This document shows, in pieces, positions 36,735-45,902 of a stretch of 45,902 bases of DNA. How positions within the stretch are numbered: position 1 is the stretch's first letter; each line of letters opens with the position of its first letter. Under the pieces are notes generated by a model, which was not told the origin of the DNA, searched no databases, and saw only the letters and a list, made by a program, of their open reading frames with translations. Source of the stretch: Candidatus Bathyarchaeia archaeon (GTDB taxonomy: Archaea; Thermoproteota; Bathyarchaeia; Bathyarchaeales; Bathycorpusculaceae); NCBI GenBank assembly GCA_050015395.1, contig JBEKBM010000026.1, positions 1 through 45,902 on the forward strand, read 5' to 3'. The translations under genes and the position numbers were made by a program.

Positions 36735-39257
36735 ATGTGCTTGAAGAAACTACGATTGCTAAGAAACACGCCTAAGAATAACAATCTATCAGAACTCGAA
36801 AATGATATACAAGAACTGAAAGCTAACTATGAAGTAAGTCGTATACGAAAATATGCGAAAATATTTCTTGTTGGTTTCTTTTTTGGGCGAGATTCGGAAA
36901 ACAAAGTCGCCGAATTAACGGCAAAAATTCAGATAAGAATTAAAGAAAACATCTCAGAAATTAGCAAACTAATTCATGAAATAGGAGCGAGTGGAATATA
37001 TCTAATTTACCCAAAAAAGGCGAATTGCTTTTCAAGAATAGAGAATGTCAAATCAGAGATAACCGCATGTGAAAAAAACAATGTTCTCAGCACTAAATTC
37101 ATCGGTGAGATGAGAAAGAGTCTTGATGAAAGCAAACAATTCGTTTTGTCTTACAATCCCAAGTTTATCAAGCAAAGGAAAATCGATTACAAACATCTCT
37201 GGTCTAAAGGCGCAATTTCCCTTGACGATGAACAGCAAACAGCTATTGTAACAGATGACAAGTACAACTTGGTAGTTGCAGCAGCGGGTTCAGGTAAGAC
37301 AGAAGTACTCATAACTCGAATCGCCTACTTGATACAACGGAAACCTGACTCTGTTCAACCGAATCGTATTCTTGCAATAGCCTACCAGAGAAAAGCTAAA
37401 GAACAAATTGAGCAACGACTATGCCAACGATATGGAATAACAAACGTAAATGTAAAAACCTTTCATAAACTCGGCAAAGAAATTCTCGAACGCTCTGGCA
37501 GAAGAATAGAAAAAACAGACATCGTGGATGAAAACAAAAAGTTTGGTTTTGTTAAAAGCTATTTCGAAGAAAATGTTGCAACAAATCCTGAGTTTTACAA
37601 ACTGTTCATTCGCTACATAAAAACTGTACATGATAAAGAAGATGAGCCTACTGACTCAGACAAGGATGCGGTTGTTACTCACGCAAAAGAACGGAAGTAC
37701 ATTTCGATTAACGGTACTAAAGTGAACAGCAATGCTGAAAAAGAAATTATGGATTACCTGCTGACGCACAAAGCCAACGGCAATCCCATTGAGGTTAAAT
37801 ATGAACCAGACCTTGATGGTTTTAGACCAGACTTCTATTTACCCCAATTTGATATTTTTATCGAACATTGGGGAATTGACAAAGATGGCAATGTGCCACA
37901 ATTTTTCAGTCAATCGAGCGAAGAATACAGAGATTCAATGGAGCTGAAGAAGAAATGGTTTGCTGAACATAATCGAATGCTTGCGCAAACTTATTCTTAT
38001 GAATTTAACCCTGAAGAACCTGAAATGTTCTATGAACTTCTAAAAGAAAAGCTTCAGAAGACCCTGAAAAAGACTCTTCTGTTTACACCATTAACATATG
38101 AGGAGATTCTGGAACTCATATGGGAATCACAGAAAACGCCTATCGATGATATTCAAAATTTCATCACAATAGCAAAAACCTATGGTTTGAATCCCGATAA
38201 TATTGCAAAGAAATTGGAGAACAATAATTGGAGCTCTAAGCAGCTATCATTTGGGCGACTGGCACTTAATGTTTTTCGAAGTTATGAGGCTCAATTGAAA
38301 AGATTGGGAAAAACTGATTTTGAGGACATGATAAACGAGGCAACGGTCGCTTTAGATAGTAATGAAGACCTCTGCAAAAATATTTATGACCATATACTTG
38401 TCGATGAGTACCAAGACATTAGCACCCAGAGGCTTAATCTTCTCAAAAGATTACTTGAACGTAACCCAAACTGCAAGTTTTTCTGTGTTGGAGATGATTG
38501 GCAAAGTATAATGGGTTTCTCTGGTTCAAATCTCAATTTTTTTGTTAACTTTAGTGATTACTTTGAAAATCCAGCAGTAAGTCAAATCTGCACTAATTAT
38601 AGAAGCATCGAGTCAATCGTCGATGCAGGAGCGGAATTGATAAAGAACAACGGGAAAAAACAAATGCAAAAACCAGCGTTATCAAACAGGAAAGAGATTA
38701 AACCAATCTTGGTTCTTGGGTCGCCTCATCAAGAAAGTTTTGATAAACAATACTGTAGACAAATTGTTGAAGATTGTCTTGGACGCATTAATGAGTACAT
38801 TGGAAAGGGCTATTCACCGGATGACATTCTTGTGCTTACTCGTTTTATGAGAACAAAAATTCTTGGCAGGTCCCAGTTCTTCAAAATTGTTCAAACATTC
38901 CACTTTTTAGCTAAAGTCAGCGGTATCAAAGTATCCATCGATAACGCTAAAGAATCGAATGCTATAAGACTGCTAACAGTTCATAAGTGCAAAGGTCTGG
39001 AGGCAAGGGTTGTTTTTATTTTAAATGTTGTTAGTGGTGAATTTGGTTTTCCAAGTGAAATCGAAGACCCTTCAATTCTTGAAGTTGCAAGAGGAGATAA
39101 TGGAATTCAAAGCCAAATTGAAGAAGAACGTAGATTATTTTATGTAGCCATCACACGAGCTAAAGAAGACCTGTATATTTACACTCGACTTAATAATAAG
39201 TCGGAGTTCTTAGCTGAGATATCAGGCTATACCCAATCTGTTTACATGAATTACTAA
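36735..39257 (+). CDS. UvrD/helicase IV-like SF1 helicase with an inserted PD-(D/E)xK-like nuclease domain
   Basis: AAAGSGKT, VDEYQD, VGDDWQSI, NYRS, TVHKCKGLE, EEERRLFYVAITRAK; insert SNAEKEI...YEP...RPDFYL...IFIEHWG. Confidence 0.9.
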   Translation: MCLKKLRLLRNTPKNNNLSELENDIQELKANYEVSRIRKYAKIFLVGFFFGRDSENKVAELTAKIQIRIKENISEISKLIHEIGASGIYLIYPKKANCFSRIENVKSEITACEKNNVLSTKFIGEMRKSLDESKQFVLSYNPKFIKQRKIDYKHLWSKGAISLDDEQQTAIVTDDKYNLVVAAAGSGKTEVLITRIAYLIQRKPDSVQPNRILAIAYQRKAKEQIEQRLCQRYGITNVNVKTFHKLGKEILERSGRRIEKTDIVDENKKFGFVKSYFEENVATNPEFYKLFIRYIKTVHDKEDEPTDSDKDAVVTHAKERKYISINGTKVNSNAEKEIMDYLLTHKANGNPIEVKYEPDLDGFRPDFYLPQFDIFIEHWGIDKDGNVPQFFSQSSEEYRDSMELKKKWFAEHNRMLAQTYSYEFNPEEPEMFYELLKEKLQKTLKKTLLFTPLTYEEILELIWESQKTPIDDIQNFITIAKTYGLNPDNIAKKLENNNWSSKQLSFGRLALNVFRSYEAQLKRLGKTDFEDMINEATVALDSNEDLCKNIYDHILVDEYQDISTQRLNLLKRLLERNPNCKFFCVGDDWQSIMGFSGSNLNFFVNFSDYFENPAVSQICTNYRSIESIVDAGAELIKNNGKKQMQKPALSNRKEIKPILVLGSPHQESFDKQYCRQIVEDCLGRINEYIGKGYSPDDILVLTRFMRTKILGRSQFFKIVQTFHFLAKVSGIKVSIDNAKESNAIRLLTVHKCKGLEARVVFILNVVSGEFGFPSEIEDPSILEVARGDNGIQSQIEEERRLFYVAITRAKEDLYIYTRLNNKSEFLAEISGYTQSVYMNY

Positions 39258-39367
39258 TTGGCAGCCGCTCCTTGGTAGACCCAAGCATGTGAGGGGTATA
39301 GTTTTTTGCCAGCACAAATAAGGGCTTAATATTGACAGAAATCAGAAAAACGCCTGAAAAAAACAGC

Positions 39368-39402
39368 TATAGACGAGAGTTCAAATCTCTCCAGCCCCAC
39401 CA
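39368..39402 (+). repeat. attR: duplicated 3' half of tRNA-Pro
   Basis: Identical to 36559-36593. Confidence 0.92.
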
Positions 39403-39468
39403 AAAACTTGAATTACCCATGAGAAAATCGTTAGAATCTGGAAAATTATGTTTTGGGTTAATATTTTT

Positions 39469-39558
39469 TTAGTGAATGTTTTCAGTTATTAACTCGACGA
39501 ATTCTTCTGCCCATTTAACTGCCTGCTCAGCTTCGCTTAGCGAGACAATATCCAAGAA
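39469..39558 (-). pseudogene. Possible HEPN-domain C-terminal remnant (DIVSLSEAEQAVKWAEEFVELITENIH*)
   Basis: Resembles the last helix of HEPN proteins; no intact upstream ORF. Confidence 0.3.
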
Positions 39559-39801
39559 GAAACAATTATCGGGGTTTTACACAAGTTTAGCTAGTTGCAT
39601 TACTCGGGTTTTTGACCTGAATAGATTATCTATTTTAGATGTCATATGATCTATTTAATATGTCAAAGAAAATCTAAAATTTTCTAACCAAACTAAGTTA
39701 CCTTTGGGATTGAGGGCACGGCTTATCTGGAGCATATTTGACTATCTAACAATAAAGTCCATGTTAAAGTAAGCTTCTTCAACATGTAAAACAGCTAATT
39801 C

Positions 39802-39909
39802 ATGTTGAAAGTGCGGGGATTAATTCTATGTTGAACTATGTTGAATCATATTTGAAGCATATTAGAAGCATCTAGTAGACCGGGTAGGTAGGCTGAGCAC
39901 ACACACATC
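39802..39909 (+). repeat. Dispersed ~110-bp repeat, copy A
   Basis: About 90% identical by eye to the reverse complement of 44221-44328; contains tandem CTATGTTGAA. Confidence 0.88.
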
Positions 39910-40020
39910 TCGAAGGCTAAAGCCAAGAGAGGTAAATATGCACCCATTTTTGTTTTAAATATAAGGTAAAGATTGTTTGAGGCTACTCCAAACGTAGGGT
40001 CTTATTGTTGATGGGTGTTT

Positions 40021-40272
40021 CTAGTTTTCCCATATGTATTGGCTGAATGGGGTTAGTGCATTTGTAGAAATGAAATAGCGCTCGCTGTCTAATAGCAAAC
40101 TTAGTTTATGCTGATTAACAAAATTTGTTATAAACACAAGGCCGTTGCCGTTGACCAAGTTTTGTTCAATGCTTAAAACAAATCCATCCTTTAAGGTATC
40201 AAGCATCTTTACGTCTATACTACAGCTTGACCCTATTTCTCTTTTAAATACCATCGCATCAAATACGTTCAT
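40021..40272 (-). CDS. Small hypothetical protein
   Basis: ATG with GGGTGA SD. Confidence 0.65.
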   Translation of the reverse strand: MNVFDAMVFKREIGSSCSIDVKMLDTLKDGFVLSIEQNLVNGNGLVFITNFVNQHKLSLLLDSERYFISTNALTPFSQYIWEN

Positions 40273-40587
40273 GTGTCTTCACCCTGTTCCAAATTTAGCT
40301 GCTCACATAGCCAAAAATATCTGGACAGGTGATTCCAAACTTGGTTATTACTATATAAGCTTAAGCACTCTTAAGGCTTCGCTTAATAAAAGACGAAAAA
40401 CCACAGTAAAAATAGTAAAAATAAAACAATTACATAAAATAAGTAATTAGCAGATTTCTCAGCTTACTGTTATCATCTAACGCTCTGAGTCGTTCGCTTT
40501 TCTATCGTCAGTTTGTTTGTGCTTCCAGAAATTTTCGGTTCCCCTCATAATCCTGGTAACTTCGGAAATTGTGGACCCATCGCTTGA

Positions 40588-40914
40588 TTAGAAGACTCCT
40601 AATAATGCTGCTACTACAACAGCTATTGAAGCTGCGGCTACCAGAAATATCAGTCCTTTTGATTTGAAGAACGAGTTTGTTGCTGCTTCGCCTTCTTGGA
40701 GTTCATATTCTTTTATTTCTTTTGTTTTAGAGTTTATCTGGACTTTAGCCGTGAGTTTTTGAAACATCATCTCAACAATGTATAGTTCCCCATCAAGCGA
40801 GACTTTCATCGGCAACCAGCTTCCTTTGTACCCTAACCTTTTCAGGAAGTCAGCTGTCATGGCTGTCGCATTTTCGGCGTCGAACCGTGGAGCCTCTGCT
40901 GTTTCAGTGGACAT
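40588..40914 (-). CDS. Small protein with a PepSY-like domain and C-terminal TM anchor
   Basis: DFLKRLGY...AKVQINSKTKEIKEY followed by a hydrophobic C-terminal tail. Confidence 0.7.
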   Translation of the reverse strand: MSTETAEAPRFDAENATAMTADFLKRLGYKGSWLPMKVSLDGELYIVEMMFQKLTAKVQINSKTKEIKEYELQEGEAATNSFFKSKGLIFLVAAASIAVVVAALLGVF

Positions 40915-41047
40915 GAATCTTCTCTGAGAGAAATTGACGCTTTAGCATTTTAGGATTTATGAAGCCAAAAACCATATTTCTAATCAACAGAGCACCCGCT
41001 AGAAAAAAGCTACCGCTTTAATGTTTTACTAAAAGAAAAAAGGTGGT

Positions 41048-41263
41048 TTAGGGCGACGGTTGGCTTGGCAGTTGCGGTTGGGTTCCATTAAATAGGTCGG
41101 TTTGGTTTAGAAGGTTGTTTTCGAGATTTTTTAGTGGGCCAAGTTGTGGGATGTTATTTGTGTTAAGAGTTTGTTCTACTGTACTTACGGCATAGGTGAC
41201 AACTACGCAAGTTAGCACCACAGCCGCGGTTATTAAAAGCAAAGTAGCTACTGCTGTCTCCAA
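41048..41263 (-). CDS. Small pilin/archaellin-like N-terminal-helix protein
   Basis: (KKA)LETAVATLLLITAAVVL resembles a class III prepilin motif. Confidence 0.55.
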   Translation of the reverse strand: METAVATLLLITAAVVLTCVVVTYAVSTVEQTLNTNNIPQLGPLKNLENNLLNQTDLFNGTQPQLPSQPSP

Positions 41264-41449
41264 AGCTTTCTTCTCCTTTCTCGAACCTATTTTGCTGAAA
41301 AATCGTTTAATAGTTTGTTCTTTTGCCCAGATTATTGTTATTTTGGGAATATGTCGGAAACGGTAATAACACGCGTTCGACTAGTTAGTTATGCTTTTTA
41401 CTGCTTAACTATTTCAAGTAAGCTCAGAAACTTTTTCTTTTTTAATCTT

Positions 41450-41991
41450 CTATTTACTTGGCGCTTGCTTTTCTGCAGTTGGCGCACCAGAAGCCGCAGG
41501 AGCTACCGCTGGCGGTGTTTCAGGTTTTTCTGGCGGCGGTTGATTTTGGGGTGTGCTTGATAATATTTGTATTTTTTCTGCCATTGGGTGAAGAAGGTCT
41601 GGCGGTGGATATGGCGTGTTCAGGTTGGAGGATAGCATGTAGATCGAGTTGAAAACGTGCTGGTAGATGGTGAAGAGGATTTGGGGAATTTTTGTTTTAG
41701 GATTAACCTCCAGCTTTTTCTTGATATCATCTGCTTTGCCCACCAGGGTTACTGTGCCTGTGGTGCTGTATTTAACGACGTTTGGCTTAGTAGAAATCGC
41801 CAAGTCGAAGCTGAGTGTTACTTCGTTAGTGCCTTTTTTTTGCTCTTCCAGCTTCGCGTTCACATCAAAAAACAATTCTTCTTTTGAGAGGTATTCGCCA
41901 GTTCGTTCAGCCTGTAAACTATTAAGGGTTATGGAAACGATGACTCCTGAGACAGAATACTGTGGGTTTACGGCTGATTCCTCTGCTACAT
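41450..41991 (-). CDS. Hypothetical protein, possibly SecB-like fold; 1-nt frameshift at the start (track shows 41450-41875)
   Basis: Frame is open upstream (VAEESAVNPQYSVSGVIVSITLNSLQAER); ATG at 41991 overlaps in-frame GTA by one G; C-terminal helix followed by PYPPP. Confidence 0.6.
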
Positions 41992-42068
41992 CATTGCTGT
42001 GATTTTAATATTTAACTTTGTTTGTAGCCAGCATATATGACCACCCTTGCAGTCGATAGGTTCGGGTT

Positions 42069-42632
42069 TTATGGTTGGTCGGAACTGTAGAATGCTGGCA
42101 CAGAAAGCTCCCCTATAAACTTGAAGGCTTCATCTCCTTTAGTGTTTGCTTTTGGTTTTAACACGATTTTTTTAGGGACGTCTTCTTCAATGTAAACTAT
42201 GTAGTTAACGGTTGTTCCTAACCCTAAGCGAGCAAGCTGCTGCACGGTTGCCTTAAATTTCTCATTTTCCTGAATTTTTTTATTTATTTTTTCGATTGCT
42301 TCAAACAGGATTTCTGTTTGTCCCTGTTCCGTGAATGAAATTGCAATGTCGCCTGATTGAACCCAGCATGAAGTTTCTTCCTTTCCTTTGGCTCCCTTTT
42401 TTCCTTTATCTGCCGTTTCAGCAGGTTTCTTTGATTGGCTGCGCAGGTTTTTTTGCAGGGCTGCCGATTTTTGATACCATTCTTCGTTTTTATGGGCGCC
42501 TTCAAAGTCTCTCAGTAACGTGCCTAGCCATTGGCTGTAATCTTCAAATAATGCTCGGTACTGTAGAGTTTGGTTTGCTAAAAATTCTGTAAGGTCTTTT
42601 AGTGACGTGAAGGTACGAATTTCTGTTCCCAT
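42069..42632 (-). CDS. Hypothetical protein
   Basis: 187-aa ORF, ATG with GGAAGTGG upstream, co-oriented with neighbours. Confidence 0.75.
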   Translation of the reverse strand: MGTEIRTFTSLKDLTEFLANQTLQYRALFEDYSQWLGTLLRDFEGAHKNEEWYQKSAALQKNLRSQSKKPAETADKGKKGAKGKEETSCWVQSGDIAISFTEQGQTEILFEAIEKINKKIQENEKFKATVQQLARLGLGTTVNYIVYIEEDVPKKIVLKPKANTKGDEAFKFIGELSVPAFYSSDQP

Positions 42633-42813
42633 TTTTTTCCACTTCCTTTTCCATATTTTCCTCGGGGATTTTGCTCTGGATGCATTAGGTACGTTAGTTT
42701 TTGGATAATAGGATTTGTCTATTGCAGAAATTACATACTTTTCAGGGGTGCGTCGAGAAAGTTTTGTTTTACCTTTGTCTTTTGGTTGGTTGTTGGAAGA
42801 GGCTCCTGTGGTT

Positions 42814-42966
42814 TTAGGGTAAATATTGCGGAAGCAATTGAGCTAACCCCCTCACACCTCTTCTTTTGAATCGTTCAAGCCGTTGCTTAAGCGATCCAGC
42901 GTTTGCTAATAGCTCAAGGTTTGCCGTCCACTTTATATTGCCCTTTTCCACATGAACCTCTTCCAT
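42814..42966 (-). CDS. Possible small protein MEEVHVEKGNIKWTANLELL...QYLP
   Basis: 50-aa ATG-initiated ORF in an intergenic gap; no further support. Confidence 0.3.
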   Translation of the reverse strand: MEEVHVEKGNIKWTANLELLANAGSLKQRLERFKRRGVRGLAQLLPQYLP

Positions 42967-43077
42967 GGTTTGGTTCTTCTGGTTGGAAAGTTCTTGGTTT
43001 TTATGTTGTTGTGTTCGATATAAAAGTATTATGTATTACTACACAATACACTTAAGCAGTAACAACTGTTAGTGTTT

Positions 43078-44157
43078 TCATCGATTTCTGGCTTTGTCGT
43101 AAGCCTTCGCTACGGCTTCGCTTGTTAGGACGCCCACTACTTTTGTGGGTGATTCCTTGTCGACAACGGGCAGTAGGTCGATTTTTTCTTTAGTCATAAT
43201 TTTGTATGCTTCGAAAACTGCTTCGTCCGGGTAGGTTGAAATGTTTTTTAGGGGCATCTGTTCAACTTTCAGGTTGCCGCGCTGCTCCGGTGTAACCTTG
43301 ATTATTTCATTCCAGATTACTACGCCTTGAAAAACGCCGTCTCTCTCCACAAGTGCGTCATGATAACGGTTCTTGAACATAACTTCGAAAGCTTCAGCGA
43401 GGGTTTGGTCTGGATGAACCGCGCCCACCTCAGATTGCATGACATCTTTGACCTGGACACTCGCCAGCGTCGTGGAAACTATCGTTTGTTCTGCTTCTTC
43501 ACTGGCACCAATGTAAATAAAAACGCCAATTATTATTAATATGGGATCAATTAAAAATCCTACCACGACCATTAGGATGCCAAATATTCTGCCAATATAC
43601 GCCGCGTATTTGGTTGCCTGAGAAAACTTCATCCGTTCAGCCAGCAAAGCCCTGAAAACTCTGCCGCCGTCCATGGGGAAAGCTGGAATAAAATTGAATG
43701 CGCCAAGCAGCAGGTTTAGGTATCCTAAGTCCAGCAGGATGTTTCCTGTAGAAAACAGTAATGCGGAAACTGCTGGAAATAACGGTATTTTTACTGGTAA
43801 CACATAGTTTACGCCAATCAATGCTGCTCCAAGCGCTAGGCTTGTGAGGGGTCCAGCGGCTGCCATTCGCCACTCTATTTGGGGGTTTTCTGGTATTTCC
43901 TCAATTTCTGACACTCCGCCGATTGGGTAGAGAACAATTTTACGTACCTTAATGTCATAGCGTCTTGCAACAACACAGTGCGCAAGCTCATGGAAAAGCA
44001 CGAAAACAAACAGGAACACTATGAGAATGAAAGCGTAAATCTGAGAATAATAGATAGCTAAACCTAACACGCCTAAAATTAACAAGATAAAAGTAAGGTG
44101 CAACTCAATGGGAATACCCCATGCAGAACCAATTTTAAAAGACAACTTCATAACCAA
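43078..44157 (-). CDS. Site-2 protease (peptidase M50) with a CBS pair
   Basis: FHELAH, AGPL, FNFIPAFPMDGGR; C-terminal CBS domains. Confidence 0.93.
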   Translation of the reverse strand: MVMKLSFKIGSAWGIPIELHLTFILLILGVLGLAIYYSQIYAFILIVFLFVFVLFHELAHCVVARRYDIKVRKIVLYPIGGVSEIEEIPENPQIEWRMAAAGPLTSLALGAALIGVNYVLPVKIPLFPAVSALLFSTGNILLDLGYLNLLLGAFNFIPAFPMDGGRVFRALLAERMKFSQATKYAAYIGRIFGILMVVVGFLIDPILIIIGVFIYIGASEEAEQTIVSTTLASVQVKDVMQSEVGAVHPDQTLAEAFEVMFKNRYHDALVERDGVFQGVVIWNEIIKVTPEQRGNLKVEQMPLKNISTYPDEAVFEAYKIMTKEKIDLLPVVDKESPTKVVGVLTSEAVAKAYDKARNR

Positions 44158-44220
44158 AATGAAGACAATGTCTGCTTTTTAAATTTTCTATAAGTATGCA
44201 TTTAGCCCCGCCTTTAGGAG

Positions 44221-44328
44221 GATTTGTGTGTGCTCAGCCTACCTCCTCGGTCTACTAGATGCTTCTATTAGGCTTCAAATATGATTCAACATAGTTCAAC
44301 ATAGAAATAAGTCGCGCACTTTCAACAT
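44221..44328 (-). repeat. Dispersed ~110-bp repeat, copy B
   Basis: Inverted homolog of 39802-39909. Confidence 0.88.
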
Positions 44329-44508
44329 TAAACAGTGCTTTTTCTACATGTGAAGAGTTAATTATGACTGAAAAATATACATTGGAATCAAAATATTGAA
44401 TAATAACCGAAACCGATGGTTTATTTTTTACTGCTGGTCTGTGATACTGCAGTTTTCTTGTAAATTTATTGGACTTAACCCCAAAAGACTTGTCTTTTGA
44501 TAGTCTGC

Positions 44509-44934
44509 TTATGGCTCTTGGGGTGAAATGATTTTGAGGTCCTCTATTTTTTTGAAGTGTTCTGTATTGCGTGTGGCTACGCTTTGTTCTCTCGTCAGGG
44601 CGATTGCGCCGATTATGGTGTCTCGCAGCCCTATGGTTTGGCCTTTTGCTTCCAGCTGAGCGTATATGTGACCGGCTTTTTGAGCTGACCTTGGCGTCAA
44701 CGGCAAAACATCCAGTCTGCTTAGAAGCTTTTTGGTTGCTTGCAAGTTTTTTTGGGGTTGTCTGGATTTGTGTGCGCCATAATGCAGTTCAAAAGCGTTG
44801 ATTACGGTTGTGGTTAAAACAATTTTTTTCTCTTCGAGCGCTGCAACGAAGGCTACAGCTTCTTTTTTGTTTCTGAGAAGATCAATCAGTATGTCGGTGT
44901 CGATTATTGTTTTTGTGGTTTCCATTTTTCCCAT
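44509..44934 (-). CDS. vapC: VapC/PIN toxin
   Basis: IIDTDILID, AFEL, DTIIGAIAL, TRNTEHF. Confidence 0.92.
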   Translation of the reverse strand: MGKMETTKTIIDTDILIDLLRNKKEAVAFVAALEEKKIVLTTTVINAFELHYGAHKSRQPQKNLQATKKLLSRLDVLPLTPRSAQKAGHIYAQLEAKGQTIGLRDTIIGAIALTREQSVATRNTEHFKKIEDLKIISPQEP

Positions 44935-45158
44935 GCCTGGCTTATTGATGCTTTAATTTCTTTTAGTTCTTCATCGTTTACTTCCCATGAGCCGGCTAAA
45001 TCCGTAATTTTTGTTCCTTTTTTTCTTTTGTTTATGAGGTGTTTCATTGCTTCTTCTATTGATACTGGTCTTTTCAGTTTGACTTGCAGTTCGCCAGCTA
45101 TTGCGTTTAATTCAGCGTATGTTTCTTTGCTGACTTTAATTGCTTTGAGTTCAGTCAT
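44904..45158 (-). CDS. vapB: VapB-type antitoxin
   Basis: KAIKVSKETYAEL (RHH-like), ITDLAGSW; overlaps vapC. Confidence 0.8.
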   Translation of the reverse strand: MTELKAIKVSKETYAELNAIAGELQVKLKRPVSIEEAMKHLINKRKKGTKITDLAGSWEVNDEELKEIKASISQAWEKWKPQKQ

Positions 45159-45289
45159 ACTGTTTCACGTTGGTGGTAAAAGTAGTTTAAACATACCTAT
45201 TAAACTTGCGGGGAAACCATGAACCAGCCAATAGTCAGTTTACAAGCGCGTTAGCTTTAGGGTATTTGTTTTTGTGCACAAGTCTACCC

Positions 45290-45316
45290 CGGTCTACTAG
45301 ATGCTTCTAATAGGCT
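45290..45316 (-). repeat. Dispersed repeat, partial copy C, truncated at the IS end
   Basis: CGGTCTACTAGATGCTTCTAATAGGCT matches copy B. Confidence 0.75.
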
Positions 45317-45319
45317 CCG

Positions 45320-45902
45320 AGGGGTGTGCACAATTAAATTTTTTATAGTTTGTTCGCTGAACTATTTGGTGAGCAGTCTGGGGTTACGCCCGATTGTACC
45401 ATTGGTTTGGTGTCTGACCAGCGCCATGACCGACGTTGAATGGGCTAATCCCAGTACTTGCTTGCGCACTTCAGGCTTGAGTCGCCCCTAAGCAAAGCTT
45501 CAATCGCGTTTGCCTCTATGCAGACAAGCCCAGCCATAACCATCGCTGATTTCTTCACTAAGCCTTTGGGCCTAACCCAGCAGCCCCTCAAGATGTTATG
45601 TTTAGAGTGGCTGTTGAACTGTTCCGCCGGGTAACGTCTACCCCTGAAGAACTCTGCATTCGTAACTTTGCCTTCCTTGCCCTTCCTGCGAGGGTTAACT
45701 GCAATAATGGGCACTGCACCCATGTCCCTGACGGCTTTAAGGTTCTCTAAAGAATGGTAGCCGGCGTCAGCCAAAACGTACTGCGCCTCCAGGTCCTCGA
45801 TGAGTTTGGGCAGAAACGGCGAGTCAAAACGGTTCCCCGGTGTAACGATGGCTTTGAGTGGTAGGCCGAGTTGGTTGACAACGGCGTGGAGTTTGAAGCC
45901 TT
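45320..45902 (-). mobile_element. IS element, right portion
   Basis: Transposase plus a putative end near GGGGTGTGCACAAT (45321), where repeat copy C stops matching. Confidence 0.55.
45445..45902 (-). CDS. IS5/IS4-like DDE transposase, C-terminal part (runs off the right edge)
   Basis: GFKLHAVVNQLGLPL...TPGNRFD...LADAGY...RRYPAEQFNS; frame is open to the window edge. Confidence 0.85.
   Translation of the reverse strand, partial: GFKLHAVVNQLGLPLKAIVTPGNRFDSPFLPKLIEDLEAQYVLADAGYHSLENLKAVRDMGAVPIIAVNPRRKGKEGKVTNAEFFRGRRYPAEQFNSHSKHNILRGCWVRPKGLVKKSAMVMAGLVCIEANAIEALLRGDSSLKCASKYWD

Larger units (their letters stand above)
36559..39402. mobile_element. tRNA-Pro-integrated islet without an integrase
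   Basis: Bounded by the exact 35-bp direct repeat TATAGACGAGAGTTCAAATCTCTCCAGCCCCACCA (36559-36593, 39368-39402). Confidence 0.85.

Noticed and set aside
39368-39402. Possible additional or split tRNA gene
   Set aside because: Only the 3' half is present, identical to tRNA-Pro, with no evident complementary leader; best explained as attR.
39826-39845. Tandem CTATGTTGAA units considered as a CRISPR remnant
   Set aside because: 10-bp units with no spacers; no 25-40-bp repeat-spacer array or cas gene in the window.

Overview
Archaeal genomic window, most likely Bathyarchaeia. This is inferred from the archaeal EF-1alpha, archaeal-type LeuRS, short XPF, MptA/MptE/MptG pterin enzymes and BRE-TATA promoters. 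Housekeeping content: leuS, tuf, rnhA, xpf and tRNA-Leu(CAG), tRNA-His(GUG), tRNA-Pro(CGG). There is also a pterin/methanopterin cluster (folE2/mptA, queD, two RFAP synthases, DUF1464, mptE) split by an IS6-like element carrying hicBA, plus a GH2 beta-mannosidase/GT2/flippase group, a site-2 protease and vapBC. Main candidate novel system (1663-4262): an unannotated 18-aa ORF, MKATRKKPQGLIRSAWST (3174-3230), with its own promoter, SD and T-tract terminator. It lies between an MFS exporter and a polyprenyl-synthase homolog that has lost its IPP-binding motifs, an arrangement resembling the Bacillus ComQ/ComX Trp-prenylated pheromone system, next to a SPASM radical SAM enzyme. Other structure found by eye: two diverged copies of a ~270-bp MITE with 17-bp TIRs and 5-bp TSDs; a second dispersed ~110-bp repeat family; an integrase-less 2.8-kb tRNA-Pro island carrying one helicase-nuclease gene; IS110, IS5-like and integrase remnants; several small unannotated ORFs; and recurrent single-base frameshifts at homopolymers that may be assembly errors. 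No CRISPR array or rRNA was seen. All calls are from motif recognition by eye, with no database searches run.
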